A stretch of DNA of 64,000 nucleotides from Sediminicola luteus (GCF_002514735.1 NZ_KZ300476.1:599872-663871), one strand, 5' to 3'. Positions 1-10,619 are shown, numbered from the stretch's first letter. Notes: a model not told the origin generated them from the sequence alone. Numbers and translations are program-made.

Positions 1-2358
1 CAATTTACCCGAAGTTGGGAAGTACGGGAATATTACGAATACTTGGCCGAGACCGTACCCAATAGGGTCAGCCTTCAAGAGTATGGTACTACCAATGAAA
101 GACGCCCGCTTTTATTGGCCTACGTAAGCTCGGCCTCCAATATGGCCCAACTTGATGACATTCGAAAAAAGCATTTGGAGAGTACCCAAGGAAAAGGCCA
201 GGCCGACAAAGCCATTGTTTGGCTGAGCTATAATGTGCACGGGAACGAAAGTGTAAGTACCGAGGCCTCTATGCAGACCATTTACGAATTGCTTACCGTT
301 AAAAAAGACTATTTGGAAAACACAGTGGTTTTGATTGACCCTTGTATCAATCCGGATGGGCGGGATCGGTATGTAAACTGGTACAACCAATATAAAAATG
401 CACCAAACAATGTAGACCCGAATTCCAAAGAACACCACGAAGGTTGGTGGAGTGGCCGTTCTAACCATTATATGTTCGACCTCAATCGCGATTGGGCCTG
501 GCTAACACAAGTAGAGAGCCAACAGCGTATTAAGGTATATAATACCTGGATGCCCCATGTACATGTCGACTTTCACGAGCAAGGGGTAGATTCGCCTTAT
601 TATTTTGCACCGGCCGCGGAACCTTATCATGAGGTTATCACCGATTTCCAGCGTAATTTCCAAACCGCAATCGGAAAGAACCATGCCAAGTATTTCGATG
701 AAAAAGGTTGGTTCTATTTTACCAAAGAGTTTTTCGACCTCTTCTATCCTAGTTATGGTGATACGTATCCTACCTATAATGGCGGTATTGGCATGACCTA
801 TGAGCAAGGTGGAAGCGGACGTGCCGGATTGGGTATCATTACCTCTATTAAAGATACCCTAACTTTAGGGGATCGTATCGCACACCACCATACTACCGGA
901 CTTTCTACGGTAGAAATGGCCTCGAAAAACGCCCAACAGTTAAATGACGAATTCCGTAAATTTTTTAAAGGGCCTAAGAATTACAAATACAAGAATTATG
1001 TACTTCAGGGCAACCCAGACCATCTGGAGGCTTTGACCCAACTTTTGGCGAAACATGAGATTTCGTATTTCTCAGGAAGTAATGGGGGCACCGCCAAAGG
1101 TTTTGACTATGCCAATGGCAAAGCCGGAAGCATGCGAATAGGTGAAAATAGTTTGGTAGTACCAACCGATCAAACTAAAGGCACCATGGTAAAGGTACTT
1201 TTTGAACCCAACGCCAAACTGAGCGACTCACTGACCTATGATATTACGGCCTGGTCTTTACCCTATGCCTACGGACTTAACGCCTTGGCCACTTCGGCCA
1301 GTGTTTCCCAAAATGAATATGTAGCTACACCAAAGGCCCAAAATGCTTTAGATGCCAGTGCCTATGGGTATGTCACGGACTGGAACAGCATGAAAGACGC
1401 CCGCTTTTTGGCCGATGCCCTAAAAGCCGGTATTCGAGTCCGCTTTTCCGATAGGGCCTTTTATGTGGCCGGCACCTCTTTTGAACGGGGTAGTTTGATT
1501 ATTACCCGTGGTGACAATAAAAACCTGGACGGTTTCTTGGCCACCTTGGCCGATATCGCGGAAAAACATGGTAAATCGCTGACCAATTCGGCTACCGGAT
1601 TCGTTGATAAAGGCAAAGACTTTGGCTCGCCCCATGTTTCTATGATTAACGACACCAAAATCGCGGTACTTTCGGGGGAACCAACCAGTACCCTTCGCTT
1701 TGGGGAGGTATGGCATTTCTTTGAACAACAATTGCACTACCCTATTACCGTACTCGACGGTTCCTATTTCAAAAAAGTAGATTTAAAAGGTTATGATGTT
1801 TTGATCTTACCCAGTGGTTATTATGGCGGCTATTTCTCTGAAAACGACCTAAAGAAATTGAAAGATTGGGTGCGCGGGGGCGGCAAGCTGATTGCCATGG
1901 GTGGCGCCCTGAACGCCTTGGCCGGAAAAGATGGTTTCGGATTAAAACGTAAAGACACCAAAGACGAAGACCCTACAGCCAACAAAACACCCCAACCCAA
2001 TGATACGGCCGAAAGGGAATACATAAAACAATTGATTACAGGGGCCATTTTTAAAACCAAGGTAGACCATACCGATGCCTTGGCTTTTGGCTACCCAAGT
2101 AGTTATCATACCCTAAAATTAGGTTCAGATGCCTATGGTTATCTTGAGCGTGGCAACGCGGTTTATTTAGAAGGCAATGAACCGGTATCTGGTTTTGCCG
2201 GAAGTGAAGCCAAGAAGAAGATTGGCAAAACCTTGGTATTTGGTTCTGAAAGTATGGGTAGGGGTTCTGTGGTCTATATGGTAGACAACCCCTTATTCCG
2301 AGGTTTCTGGGAAAACGGAAAACTGTTTTTCGCCAATGCCCTGTTTATGGTGCAGTAA
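1..2358 (+). CDS. M14 family zinc carboxypeptidase, 5' partial; the reading frame is open back to position 1, so the gene starts upstream of the window
   Basis: Motifs typical of peptidase M14: 'INPDGRDRYVNWYNQ' and 'HVDFHEQG' (zinc ligands). Frame 1 has no stop from nt 1. The listed TTG start at 43 is internal, and no signal peptide is present in the window. Confidence 0.8.
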   Translation, partial: QFTRSWEVREYYEYLAETVPNRVSLQEYGTTNERRPLLLAYVSSASNMAQLDDIRKKHLESTQGKGQADKAIVWLSYNVHGNESVSTEASMQTIYELLTVKKDYLENTVVLIDPCINPDGRDRYVNWYNQYKNAPNNVDPNSKEHHEGWWSGRSNHYMFDLNRDWAWLTQVESQQRIKVYNTWMPHVHVDFHEQGVDSPYYFAPAAEPYHEVITDFQRNFQTAIGKNHAKYFDEKGWFYFTKEFFDLFYPSYGDTYPTYNGGIGMTYEQGGSGRAGLGIITSIKDTLTLGDRIAHHHTTGLSTVEMASKNAQQLNDEFRKFFKGPKNYKYKNYVLQGNPDHLEALTQLLAKHEISYFSGSNGGTAKGFDYANGKAGSMRIGENSLVVPTDQTKGTMVKVLFEPNAKLSDSLTYDITAWSLPYAYGLNALATSASVSQNEYVATPKAQNALDASAYGYVTDWNSMKDARFLADALKAGIRVRFSDRAFYVAGTSFERGSLIITRGDNKNLDGFLATLADIAEKHGKSLTNSATGFVDKGKDFGSPHVSMINDTKIAVLSGEPTSTLRFGEVWHFFEQQLHYPITVLDGSYFKKVDLKGYDVLILPSGYYGGYFSENDLKKLKDWVRGGGKLIAMGGALNALAGKDGFGLKRKDTKDEDPTANKTPQPNDTAEREYIKQLITGAIFKTKVDHTDALAFGYPSSYHTLKLGSDAYGYLERGNAVYLEGNEPVSGFAGSEAKKKIGKTLVFGSESMGRGSVVYMVDNPLFRGFWENGKLFFANALFMVQ

Positions 2359-2392
2359 GCCTACCCCATTGAAATTGACATTATAGAAAACG

Positions 2393-2422
2393 AAAACGCC
2401 CTCCGATTTGGAGGGCGTTTCT
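2393..2422. terminator. Bidirectional rho-independent terminator between convergent genes
   Basis: Perfect 9-bp stem 'acgccctcc'/'ggagggcgt' (2396-2404 / 2410-2418) with loop 'gattt'. An A-run lies upstream and a T-run downstream. Confidence 0.7.
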
Positions 2423-2444
2423 TGTAGGTGTTGGTCTTGAATTC

Positions 2445-2939
2445 TTAGAAGCGATATCCGATTCCTAAGGTAAGGGTCTCGAAACTACCCCCATCCCGAC
2501 TTATACCAGTGTATGAGAAAGAGGCATCTACTTGATCCGTTAGCCTAAAGCCCAAAACCGGACGATAGTAAAAACCACCTTCATTACCGTCGTTCACACC
2601 AATGGCATAACCGATATCGGCCCCGGCAAAAAACTTTTCGGTAGCATTTACCCTACCCGAAGCTGCCACGGGAATAAATTGGATATCATCAATCTCAATT
2701 GAAATAATATCACCACCAATCTCATCACCAAAGGCATTGGTAAACCCGGTAGCGAAACCTACTTCTACCATATCGTTTAAGGCATGCATATAAGACGCAT
2801 CCAAACCTAGGCTAAAAGTGGTAACATCGGCGGCATTACCCACGGGTAAACCGAAATTGATTCCTGCCCTAAAACCACTTTGGGCAAAAAGGGATCCACT
2901 GATCAAGGCAAAAGCCAAAACTGCAACTAATTTTCTCAT
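2445..2939 (-). CDS. Small outer-membrane beta-barrel protein (OmpW/porin-like family)
   Basis: N-terminal signal peptide 'MRKLVAVLAFALISGSLFAQ'. Gly/aromatic-rich alternating strands. C-terminal 'GIGYRF' with terminal Phe, typical of outer-membrane barrels. Confidence 0.6.
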   Translation of the reverse strand: MRKLVAVLAFALISGSLFAQSGFRAGINFGLPVGNAADVTTFSLGLDASYMHALNDMVEVGFATGFTNAFGDEIGGDIISIEIDDIQFIPVAASGRVNATEKFFAGADIGYAIGVNDGNEGGFYYRPVLGFRLTDQVDASFSYTGISRDGGSFETLTLGIGYRF

Positions 2940-3203
2940 AATTTTTGAATGTTAGGTTTATTTTGATTTGCAATAACGAAATCGACTACAAGATATTGTA
3001 AATAACCGTACCTCTGAAAACCAATTCCATCAACTTTCGCTATCATTTTAACCAAAAACCTTGAAGCAACACACTAAGCCCGTCCCAGATACAGAGCTGA
3101 ATTTAAACACCTTAGAGCCACCACGTCCAAATACCGTCATATTTTGGTTCTAAAACGATTTATTTGGCACAATTTTGGAGAATTCTGGGCAAAACCAAAA
3201 TAC

Positions 3204-4037
3204 ATGACCTCATTGATTATAACTGCCCTAGGTTTATGGGTAAGTTTTAGCCAGCCAAAGTATCTAGAACACTCGGCTAGTCCCAAAACCGAATATCAAC
3301 AACCGAACTATAAAAAGTATCCATTTAAATCGGCACGGGTTTCTTATACTTTTTCTGGTGACGCCAGCGGTGCTTCTACTTTATTTATTGATGACTTTGG
3401 TTATAAAGAAAGCCATGTAGAAAACAGCACCACCACTTTTATGGGAGTGGCTACCCCAAAAAACGAAAGCAGAATTATGGTCGGTAGCGAACAGACCGAA
3501 ATTGACCATAACAGCGGCACTGCAACCCAAAGCATCAACCCCTTGCATGCCTACTATGCCGTCCGCCCTAACAACGATTACATCGCCCTTGGCGAACAAG
3601 CCTTAACCCAAATGGGCTTTACCAAAGTGGGACAAGAAATGGTGTTGGGCAAAAACTGTGACGTTTGGCAAGGCCCTGTACATTTATGGACATGGAAGGG
3701 CTTAACCTTAAAGACGGTTACTAAAATGATGGGCATGACACTCATTGAAGAAGCTACCCAATTGGAGTTGGATGTACCAATTGACCCTAAGCATTTTCAA
3801 GTTCCAAATGATATTCAGATAACTGGAGGAAACCTCATGCTAGAGGAATTGGGAAAAACCATGGATATCGTTCTCGATCCCGAAACCCGAAACAGCTTAT
3901 TCAAGATAAAAGACCTCAATTTTGAACAATGGAAGAAACAAGCCCTAAAGGACGATCCTTTTCTAAAGGAATATAACGAGGAAGAACTAAGGGAAGAGTT
4001 CCGATTACTTAAAGAAATGGCGCAAGGCATTAAATAG
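3204..4037 (+). CDS. Hypothetical protein with an N-terminal hydrophobic anchor
   Basis: Long ORF with coding-like composition. The track start at 3144 is TTG; the in-frame ATG at 3204 gives 'MTSLIITALGLWVSFSQ', a signal/anchor-like N-terminus. I recognise no conserved domain. Confidence 0.45.
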   Translation: MTSLIITALGLWVSFSQPKYLEHSASPKTEYQQPNYKKYPFKSARVSYTFSGDASGASTLFIDDFGYKESHVENSTTTFMGVATPKNESRIMVGSEQTEIDHNSGTATQSINPLHAYYAVRPNNDYIALGEQALTQMGFTKVGQEMVLGKNCDVWQGPVHLWTWKGLTLKTVTKMMGMTLIEEATQLELDVPIDPKHFQVPNDIQITGGNLMLEELGKTMDIVLDPETRNSLFKIKDLNFEQWKKQALKDDPFLKEYNEEELREEFRLLKEMAQGIK

Positions 4038-4101
4038 CTATTTAACGTATCAGTACCTTTGTATTCAGGTTACATCTTTTTCAACCCTTCCAAAGCCATA
4101 C

Positions 4102-5013
4102 ATGACACTCAAGGAATTCGGAAACCTAAAGGCCAACTTTTTACAAACACCAAAACAGAAATGGTATTATGTTTTAAGTGTAGGAGTTTTTTCCGTTTTC
4201 TTCATTTTTGTGTATGAACCTTTTGGGGTGTCTTTAGATTATCTAGAATTCAATGCCGGCCCTTGGCAAATTTTCCTATTCTTAGCAAGTCAGGCCCTGA
4301 ATTTGTCCGTAGCTATAGCTTTTACCCGATTTATCATAGAACCTTTCCTACCCTGGAATATCGATACCATAAAAAAACAAGTCCACTTTTTCCTTTTCGA
4401 AATCTTGGTTATAATACTCACCTCTCCCATATTCATTATTCTTTTTTATTGGATTAACGGTCTGTCCCAAGAAAACGTAGTGTTGGATCAACCGCTTTGG
4501 CTCGAAATAGTCATGCGTTATTTCTTGTATTTTTTTGTGCTGATGTATCCTTTTTTGGCCAATGCACTTTTGGGCCACATCAAAGGATTACATTCTGAGA
4601 TAGAAGTTCTTGAAAAACATATTTTCACGGTAGCGGCCCAATATGCAGCAAACCCCATGCAACCCATTCAAATAAGAAATGAAAAGCATACCGAAACCTT
4701 GCAAATACTTCCTAAAAACCTACTTTATATAAAAAGTGACAACCAATATATAGAAATCTATTATCTGGAAGAAGGCCAACTACGTACCGCATTGATCAGA
4801 AACCGCTTAAAAATAGTACTGGAAGCCCTTCGAGACTACCCTATTAAACAATGCCACAGATCTTATGCGGTAAACCTATTGAACGTGCACCAACTTAAAA
4901 AATCAGAAGGCAAAACCTATATCTATATAAATACCCAACCGGTACAACAAATTCCGGTTTCCAAATCTTTTACAGACCAAATCCAAGGCACCTTTTCGGA
5001 GTACCGAAAATAA
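4102..5013 (+). CDS. Membrane-anchored LytTR-family DNA-binding protein (no receiver domain)
   Basis: The N-terminal ~170 aa are hydrophobic with several predicted TM helices. The C-terminal ~100 aa match the LytTR fold pattern ('LLYIKSDNQYIEIYYLEEGQL...RNRLKIVLEALRDYPIKQCHRSYAVNLLNV'). It is paralogous to ORF 20759..21667. Confidence 0.7.
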   Translation: MTLKEFGNLKANFLQTPKQKWYYVLSVGVFSVFFIFVYEPFGVSLDYLEFNAGPWQIFLFLASQALNLSVAIAFTRFIIEPFLPWNIDTIKKQVHFFLFEILVIILTSPIFIILFYWINGLSQENVVLDQPLWLEIVMRYFLYFFVLMYPFLANALLGHIKGLHSEIEVLEKHIFTVAAQYAANPMQPIQIRNEKHTETLQILPKNLLYIKSDNQYIEIYYLEEGQLRTALIRNRLKIVLEALRDYPIKQCHRSYAVNLLNVHQLKKSEGKTYIYINTQPVQQIPVSKSFTDQIQGTFSEYRK

Positions 5014-5175
5014 TGTATGTCGCTTTGCTTTTGTTAAGGCAATATTAAAATGATTAAGCGAGACTACAATTCACTCCATCAATACTACATTTCGCTCCAA
5101 AACCCCGATTTCCATGTAACAATATTGGGCTTGCCCCGTTAGTTTTGTCAGCAATTAAACCTAAAGCGAACACCT

Positions 5176-7530
5176 ATGAAAAAACAACTGCTGCTGCTTT
5201 TTCTGTTGCCTATTTTACTTCAGGCACAGGATAAATTCAGTTTAAGCGGGTCCTTAAAAGACCAAAGCAACGGAGAAACCATTTTTGGGGCCAACGTATT
5301 CTTTGAAGGCACCAATATCGGGGCCGTAACCAACGAATACGGCTTCTTTTCCCTAACCGCCCCACAGGGGGAATATACCCTTGTGGTAAGTTATATGGGA
5401 TATACCGACATTAAACAGACCGTTTCTTTGAACGCCAACCAAAAATTAAATTTGGAAATGGCGCCCGAAGCATCGCAATTGGAAGAAGTGGTCGTGGTAG
5501 CCGACGAGACCACCAAGACCAACATTAAAACGCCTCAAATGAGTACGGTGCAGTTAAAGGCAGAAACCATAAAGCAAATGCCCGTGGTTTTAGGTGAGGT
5601 AGACATTCTTAAATCGATACAAATGCTACCGGGGGTTACCAATAATGGCGAAGGCTCTTCGGGTTTCCATGTACGAGGGGGTGCCTCGGATCAAAACTTG
5701 GTGCTATTGGATGAAGCTATCATTTATAATACCTCTCACCTTTTTGGCTTCTTTTCAGTTTTCAATGCCGATGCCATCAAGGATATGAAACTGTATAAAG
5801 GGGGAATCCCTTCACAATTTGGCGGGCGTGTTTCTTCCGTACTCGATGTTCGTCAAAAAGACGGGAACAGTAAGGAGTTCAAACTAACCGGAGGCGTTGG
5901 TCTAGTAGCCAGCAGATTGGCCGCCGAAGCCCCACTGTTTAATGGTAAAGGTTCCTTTCTGTTGGCTGGCCGTGGATCTTATGCCCATCTTTTCCTAAAT
6001 GAAAACAAGGCCAATTTTTACGATGTCAACCTGAAGACGAATTACGAAATCAACGAGAACAACCGCCTCTATCTTTCCGGGTATTACGGTCGCGATGGGA
6101 TGGAATTCGGAAGTTCTTTTGAAAATGACTACGGTAACTTGTCGGGGAATTTAAGATGGAACCATATTTTCTCGGAACGCTTATTCTCCAACCTATCCCT
6201 AATCTATAGCAAATACGACTACCATTTCGTTTTTGACGATATAGGCCTTGACTGGGTCTCCGATATAGACAACTACAACCTAAAATATGACCTCAAATGG
6301 TATATGAACGACAAGATCAAGTTCGATTTTGGGGCCAGTACCATCAAATATGATTTTAACCCGGGAGAGGTTACCCCAACTGGGGAAGACTCTAGTGTTA
6401 ACTACCGTAAACTGGACGATAAAGAAGCTTTGGAGTCGGCCATTTATTTGGGCATGGAACATAAAATCTCGCCCAAGTTTACCGCCCAATACGGTATGCG
6501 CTACAGCCATTTTATACGCCAAGGCCCACAAAGCCCGAATACCTACGAAAACGACCAGCCGGTGGTATACAATGCCGAACAAGGCGTATACGAGAGAGGT
6601 ACTCCAAATGGCACCAAGGAATACGGAAGTGGGGATAACATAAAAACCTTCGGAAATTTTGAACCCCGATTGGCCCTTTCGTATCAATTGGACGAAAAAT
6701 CGTCGGTTAAGGCGAGCTATAACCGCATTGCCCAGTACCTACATTTAATCTCAAATACTACTTCGGCCACCCCTTTGGATGTTTGGGCCCCCAGTGGCGA
6801 ATTTATAGACCCCCAATTGGGCGACCAATACGCTATTGGGTACTTTAGAAATTTTGCCAACAATGCCTTTTCCATGGAAATCGAGGCCTATTATAAAACC
6901 ATTGACAACCGCTTGGACTATATAGATGGTGCCGATCTTATTGCCAACAACACCATAGAAACCGAGGTTTTGGCGGGTGAGACCCGTTCTTATGGTTTAG
7001 AACTACTGTTAAAGAAAAATACAGGTAGGCTCACCGGATGGCTGGCCTACACCTTATCTAAAGCAGAACAACGTACCCCCGGTGGTTCGGCCGGTGGCCC
7101 TGGGATAAACAACGGTGATTGGTACCGTACCTCTTACGACCGCACCCACGACCTTTCGCTTACGGCAAGTTACCAGTGGAATAAAAAATGGAGCTTTGGT
7201 GCCAATTTCGCTTTTCAGACCGGAAGGCCCATCACCTATCCTAACGGACAATTCGTTTATGAAGGCACTTCGGTGGCGACATTCTCAGATCGTAATGCCG
7301 ATCGTTTGCCCGCCTACCACCGTCTAGACCTGTCGGCTACCTATAGGCCTAACCGTAAACCCAACAATCGTTGGAAAGGCGAATGGGTATTCGGGATCTA
7401 TAATGTGTACAACCGCCATAATGCCGCCTCAATCAGTTTCGGACAAAATGAGGATACCGGCCTAAACGAAGCCTCTAAGACCTATATTTTTGGGATTTTG
7501 CCCGCCATTTCGTATAACTTTAAATTCTAA
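5176..7530 (+). CDS. TonB-dependent outer-membrane receptor with an N-terminal carboxypeptidase-regulatory-like domain
   Basis: Signal peptide 'MKKQLLLLFLLPILLQAQ'. CarbopepD_reg-like segment ('FSLSGSLKDQSNGETIFGANVFFEGTNIGAVTNEYGFFSL'), then plug-like region and long beta-barrel. C-terminal 'SYNFKF' with terminal Phe. Confidence 0.85.
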   Translation: MKKQLLLLFLLPILLQAQDKFSLSGSLKDQSNGETIFGANVFFEGTNIGAVTNEYGFFSLTAPQGEYTLVVSYMGYTDIKQTVSLNANQKLNLEMAPEASQLEEVVVVADETTKTNIKTPQMSTVQLKAETIKQMPVVLGEVDILKSIQMLPGVTNNGEGSSGFHVRGGASDQNLVLLDEAIIYNTSHLFGFFSVFNADAIKDMKLYKGGIPSQFGGRVSSVLDVRQKDGNSKEFKLTGGVGLVASRLAAEAPLFNGKGSFLLAGRGSYAHLFLNENKANFYDVNLKTNYEINENNRLYLSGYYGRDGMEFGSSFENDYGNLSGNLRWNHIFSERLFSNLSLIYSKYDYHFVFDDIGLDWVSDIDNYNLKYDLKWYMNDKIKFDFGASTIKYDFNPGEVTPTGEDSSVNYRKLDDKEALESAIYLGMEHKISPKFTAQYGMRYSHFIRQGPQSPNTYENDQPVVYNAEQGVYERGTPNGTKEYGSGDNIKTFGNFEPRLALSYQLDEKSSVKASYNRIAQYLHLISNTTSATPLDVWAPSGEFIDPQLGDQYAIGYFRNFANNAFSMEIEAYYKTIDNRLDYIDGADLIANNTIETEVLAGETRSYGLELLLKKNTGRLTGWLAYTLSKAEQRTPGGSAGGPGINNGDWYRTSYDRTHDLSLTASYQWNKKWSFGANFAFQTGRPITYPNGQFVYEGTSVATFSDRNADRLPAYHRLDLSATYRPNRKPNNRWKGEWVFGIYNVYNRHNAASISFGQNEDTGLNEASKTYIFGILPAISYNFKF

Positions 7531-7533
7531 GCC

Positions 7534-8358
7534 ATGAAAAAGTATCTTTTATCGGCTTGCGCCATAGCATTATTATTTGTTTCCTGTACCGAGACCGTCG
7601 ATGTCGATTTGAACGATGCCCCTGCCCGGTTGGTCATTGAAGCCTCTTTAGATTGGGAAAAAGGCACTACTGGAGCCAACCAAACTATTTTGTTGAGCAC
7701 CTCTACCGAATATTTTAATGAAACGCGTTTTAACCCTGCTTTAGGGGCCACCGTGCAGGTTACCAAACAAAATAGTGGTACCGTGTTTTCCTTTGCCGAT
7801 CAAGGCAATGGCAGTTACACCATTAACGATTTTGAACCCGAGATCGGAGCTACCTATGTTTTGGAGGTTCTATTTGACGGTAAGACCTATAGGGCCGAGG
7901 AAACCCTGTTGGCGGTTCCGGAGATCGACCGTGTAGAGCAGTCTACCGAAGGGGGTTTTGACTCAGACGCCATCGATGTCCGCTTCTATTTTACCGACCC
8001 AGAGGGAGAAAACTATTATTTGGCCAAATATGTGGCCACAGACAATCCTGTACCCACGCTTGAGACCCGAGATGTAGAATTCTCAGAGGGCAACGAACTC
8101 TATTTTCAGTTCGAGCCAGACGATGACAATGAACTGCAGCCCGGCGATGTCATCGACTTTAACCTTCATGGTATTTCTGAACGGTACTACAACTATATGA
8201 GTCTTTTGACCGAACAGGCCGAAGGCGGTGTTGGCCCATTCCAGACCACCCCTGTACCTTTAAAAGGGAACTGTATCAACATTAACGACAATTCGGACAA
8301 TGCCCTGGGATACTTTAGGGTGACCGAGTTGAGCACGACCTCATATACCGTGGAATAG
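7534..8358 (+). CDS. DUF4249-family lipoprotein, a typical partner encoded downstream of Bacteroidota TonB-dependent receptors
   Basis: Lipoprotein signal 'MKKYLLSACAIALLFVSC'. Starts 4 nt after the receptor stop. Size (~270 aa) and position match DUF4249 neighbours of CarbopepD_reg TonB receptors. Confidence 0.6.
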   Translation: MKKYLLSACAIALLFVSCTETVDVDLNDAPARLVIEASLDWEKGTTGANQTILLSTSTEYFNETRFNPALGATVQVTKQNSGTVFSFADQGNGSYTINDFEPEIGATYVLEVLFDGKTYRAEETLLAVPEIDRVEQSTEGGFDSDAIDVRFYFTDPEGENYYLAKYVATDNPVPTLETRDVEFSEGNELYFQFEPDDDNELQPGDVIDFNLHGISERYYNYMSLLTEQAEGGVGPFQTTPVPLKGNCININDNSDNALGYFRVTELSTTSYTVE

Positions 8359-8388
8359 TTTCAGGTTAGGTTATTCAATTATTCCATC

Positions 8389-8415
8389 AAAGGCCTGCTT
8401 ATGCGGGCCTTTTTT
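8389..8415. terminator. Putative rho-independent terminator
   Basis: Stem 'aaaggcc'/'ggccttt' around loop 'tgcttatgcg', followed by TTTTTT (8410-8415). Confidence 0.45.
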
Positions 8416-8433
8416 ATATGGATTCCGTATGGG

Positions 8434-9477
8434 TTAAAATCCCGTCTTACGTTCTACCCAACTAAAAGGCTCTTCAATAAATCGGGGCGCATCCAATCGT
8501 ATGCCCACGTACAGGATTGAGGCCGTATTACTTTTTTGGTACGGAAAAACACTATAGGCGAACTCTTCTGCGGAGCCTTCCACCTCAAAGCCCGCAAAAA
8601 AACGTTTTGAGCTATAGCCCATAGACATGCTGCCTCCTAAACCCATGATATAATCTAAAGGGGCATGGGTATTATTGATATAATCTTTTTCCAAAGATAC
8701 CCCTGCCCCCAAAACCCCACTGAGGTTAAAAAAGAAATCGTCCCAAAAAACCCAGGTATAGGAATAGCCCCCACTGACCACAAAATTCATTTTATGCTCA
8801 CGAATGGGAAAGGGCAGGCCTATAAGTCCGGCCTCTTCTTCATTTAGATCATACTCTTGAAACTGGAACTCAAAGGAAGGGATAAAGGCGCCCGCACTCT
8901 GAAGTTGCTTTTCCGTTTGTGCCTTAATGGCTCGTAACGAAAAACGATCCCCAAATATATAAGAGGTCTTGTAACGATAGGTTTGGGTTCGGAGCTCTGG
9001 TAATAACTCATAAGGCTCATCTCCAACCAAATAATAGCCTTGTACATTTTCATACTCTAAGATATTATAGGTGCGGCCCAAATTAAAACGGAAACCCAAA
9101 CGTCTGAACTTGGTCTCCCCTTTTAAATCGTCGTCTTTATTGTCTGGCAAAAAACCCGGAGCAAAGTCAATGGCTACCCCTAAAAACTTATAATCCAACG
9201 AAAGACGCATGAGCACCTTTTCGTTAGGGGCCATTTCCAAGAGGGTATCGTCTTCCCCTGTATCGGTAATCAGTGAGTTTATGTCGGTATTTAAATCCAA
9301 CTTGAACTGAAGGTAATCGAACAAAGGCCTTCTATAAGTGGTATCCCGGGGTGAAGAAAAATTAAACAAAGGTTTATCATCTTCCTGCCCGTAAGCGGAT
9401 GGCAGGCCGAACCAAAAAAGACCCATCCAAAGCCCAAAAACAAAAATTGGCCTTTGGCAAATCTTCAATAGTAGCAT
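8434..9477 (-). CDS. Hypothetical outer-membrane protein, putative beta-barrel
   Basis: I chose the internal ATG at 9477, which gives signal peptide 'MLLLKICQRPIFVFGLWMGLFWFGLPSAYGQ'. Abundant Tyr/Gly/Phe alternation. Ends with C-terminal 'TGF'. Confidence 0.5.
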   Translation of the reverse strand: MLLLKICQRPIFVFGLWMGLFWFGLPSAYGQEDDKPLFNFSSPRDTTYRRPLFDYLQFKLDLNTDINSLITDTGEDDTLLEMAPNEKVLMRLSLDYKFLGVAIDFAPGFLPDNKDDDLKGETKFRRLGFRFNLGRTYNILEYENVQGYYLVGDEPYELLPELRTQTYRYKTSYIFGDRFSLRAIKAQTEKQLQSAGAFIPSFEFQFQEYDLNEEEAGLIGLPFPIREHKMNFVVSGGYSYTWVFWDDFFFNLSGVLGAGVSLEKDYINNTHAPLDYIMGLGGSMSMGYSSKRFFAGFEVEGSAEEFAYSVFPYQKSNTASILYVGIRLDAPRFIEEPFSWVERKTGF

Positions 9478-9614
9478 AGGGACATTTAAAATACGTTTCA
9501 ATTTCAAAAGTACCGAATTCAAGTTTATCCTACACATTAATCGACCTACCGGAAGGCCAATCAAGTTGATATATTTTAATTTTGTCCTTAGCATCATATC
9601 AAGCGGACCCCATC

Positions 9615-10109
9615 ATGAAAAAAACAAAAAAAGAGAGGACTTATCTATTGGAATCGGACCAGGGTTGGTTGCCTCAAATCGATTTTTCCGATACCATCTC
9701 AACCACCAATCACCTAGACAACTTAGAAGTAATAGCCAACAAAATCCTTGGGCAGTTCCCAAGGGGCATTCGCTGGCTTTTCGACCTTAGAAATCGATTG
9801 GTATCGGTATTCGGACTCAAAACCGATATCCCTAAAGATTACCATGTTCGGTATGAAAAAGGTGGTTATATCGGCTTTTTTCAAATCTACGACATACAAC
9901 CCGACCAATTAGTTATGGGTGCCGACGACAAACACTTGAATTTTAGGGCCCTGCTCTATAGAACCCAAGATTCGGAATTCAATATAAAAATGACCACTTT
10001 AGTGCAGTATAACAACCGTTTCGGAAAAATTTACATGAGCCTCATTGCTCCTTTTCATGTGTTGGTGGTCAAAAAAATGGTGGCCCAGGCCTTTGTGGCG
10101 AAAGAATAA
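9615..10109 (+). CDS. DUF2867-like hypothetical protein
   Basis: ATG at 9615 (MKKTKKERTYLL...). Conserved-looking core 'GFFQIYDIQPDQLVMGADDKHLNFRALLYRT' resembles DUF2867-family proteins. No TM segments. Confidence 0.4.
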   Translation: MKKTKKERTYLLESDQGWLPQIDFSDTISTTNHLDNLEVIANKILGQFPRGIRWLFDLRNRLVSVFGLKTDIPKDYHVRYEKGGYIGFFQIYDIQPDQLVMGADDKHLNFRALLYRTQDSEFNIKMTTLVQYNNRFGKIYMSLIAPFHVLVVKKMVAQAFVAKE

Positions 10110-10169
10110 AGGACATTATTTTTTGTCCCAATGTATAATCCTGTTGCGTTATAGGGAAAACTTTACTTT

Positions 10170-10619
10170 ATGAACTTCAATTCAACACTACTGTTCACCC
10201 TAACTATTACGCTGTTAACCTCTTGTAAAACACCAAAAGAAAACACACCTTTCGAGAGATTGACAGGTTCTTGGGAAAGACAGAATGACCAAAACCGCCA
10301 AAAAACTTTTGAGTATTGGGAAACCTCAGCATCTGATTATATCGGACATGGGTATACCCTTCAACTGGGAGACACCCTAAAACAAGAACGGATGCTTATC
10401 CGAAAACAAGGAAGTAATTGGGTACTCGGTGTTAAAGTCCCTGAGGAAAAAGACACGGTTTTCTTTGCACTCAAGGCCATGGACGCCCATTCTTTTTCCT
10501 TTGTAAACGATTCCATCGATTTTCCGAACCTGATTCAATATGAATTTATGGGAGATAGTCTCGTAGCCCAGGTTTCCAATGACGAATTCCATATCGATTT
10601 TCTTTTTACTAAGAAATAA
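10170..10619 (+). CDS. Hypothetical lipoprotein
   Basis: Lipoprotein-type signal 'MNFNSTLLFTLTITLLTSCKTP'. No recognised domain. Confidence 0.45.
   Translation: MNFNSTLLFTLTITLLTSCKTPKENTPFERLTGSWERQNDQNRQKTFEYWETSASDYIGHGYTLQLGDTLKQERMLIRKQGSNWVLGVKVPEEKDTVFFALKAMDAHSFSFVNDSIDFPNLIQYEFMGDSLVAQVSNDEFHIDFLFTKK

Noticed and set aside
112-807. Minus-strand ORFs 112..468 and 502..807, and similar small antisense ORFs inside annotated genes throughout the window
   Set aside because: They are fully contained in longer ORFs on the opposite strand that have clear conserved motifs. They are shadow ORFs.
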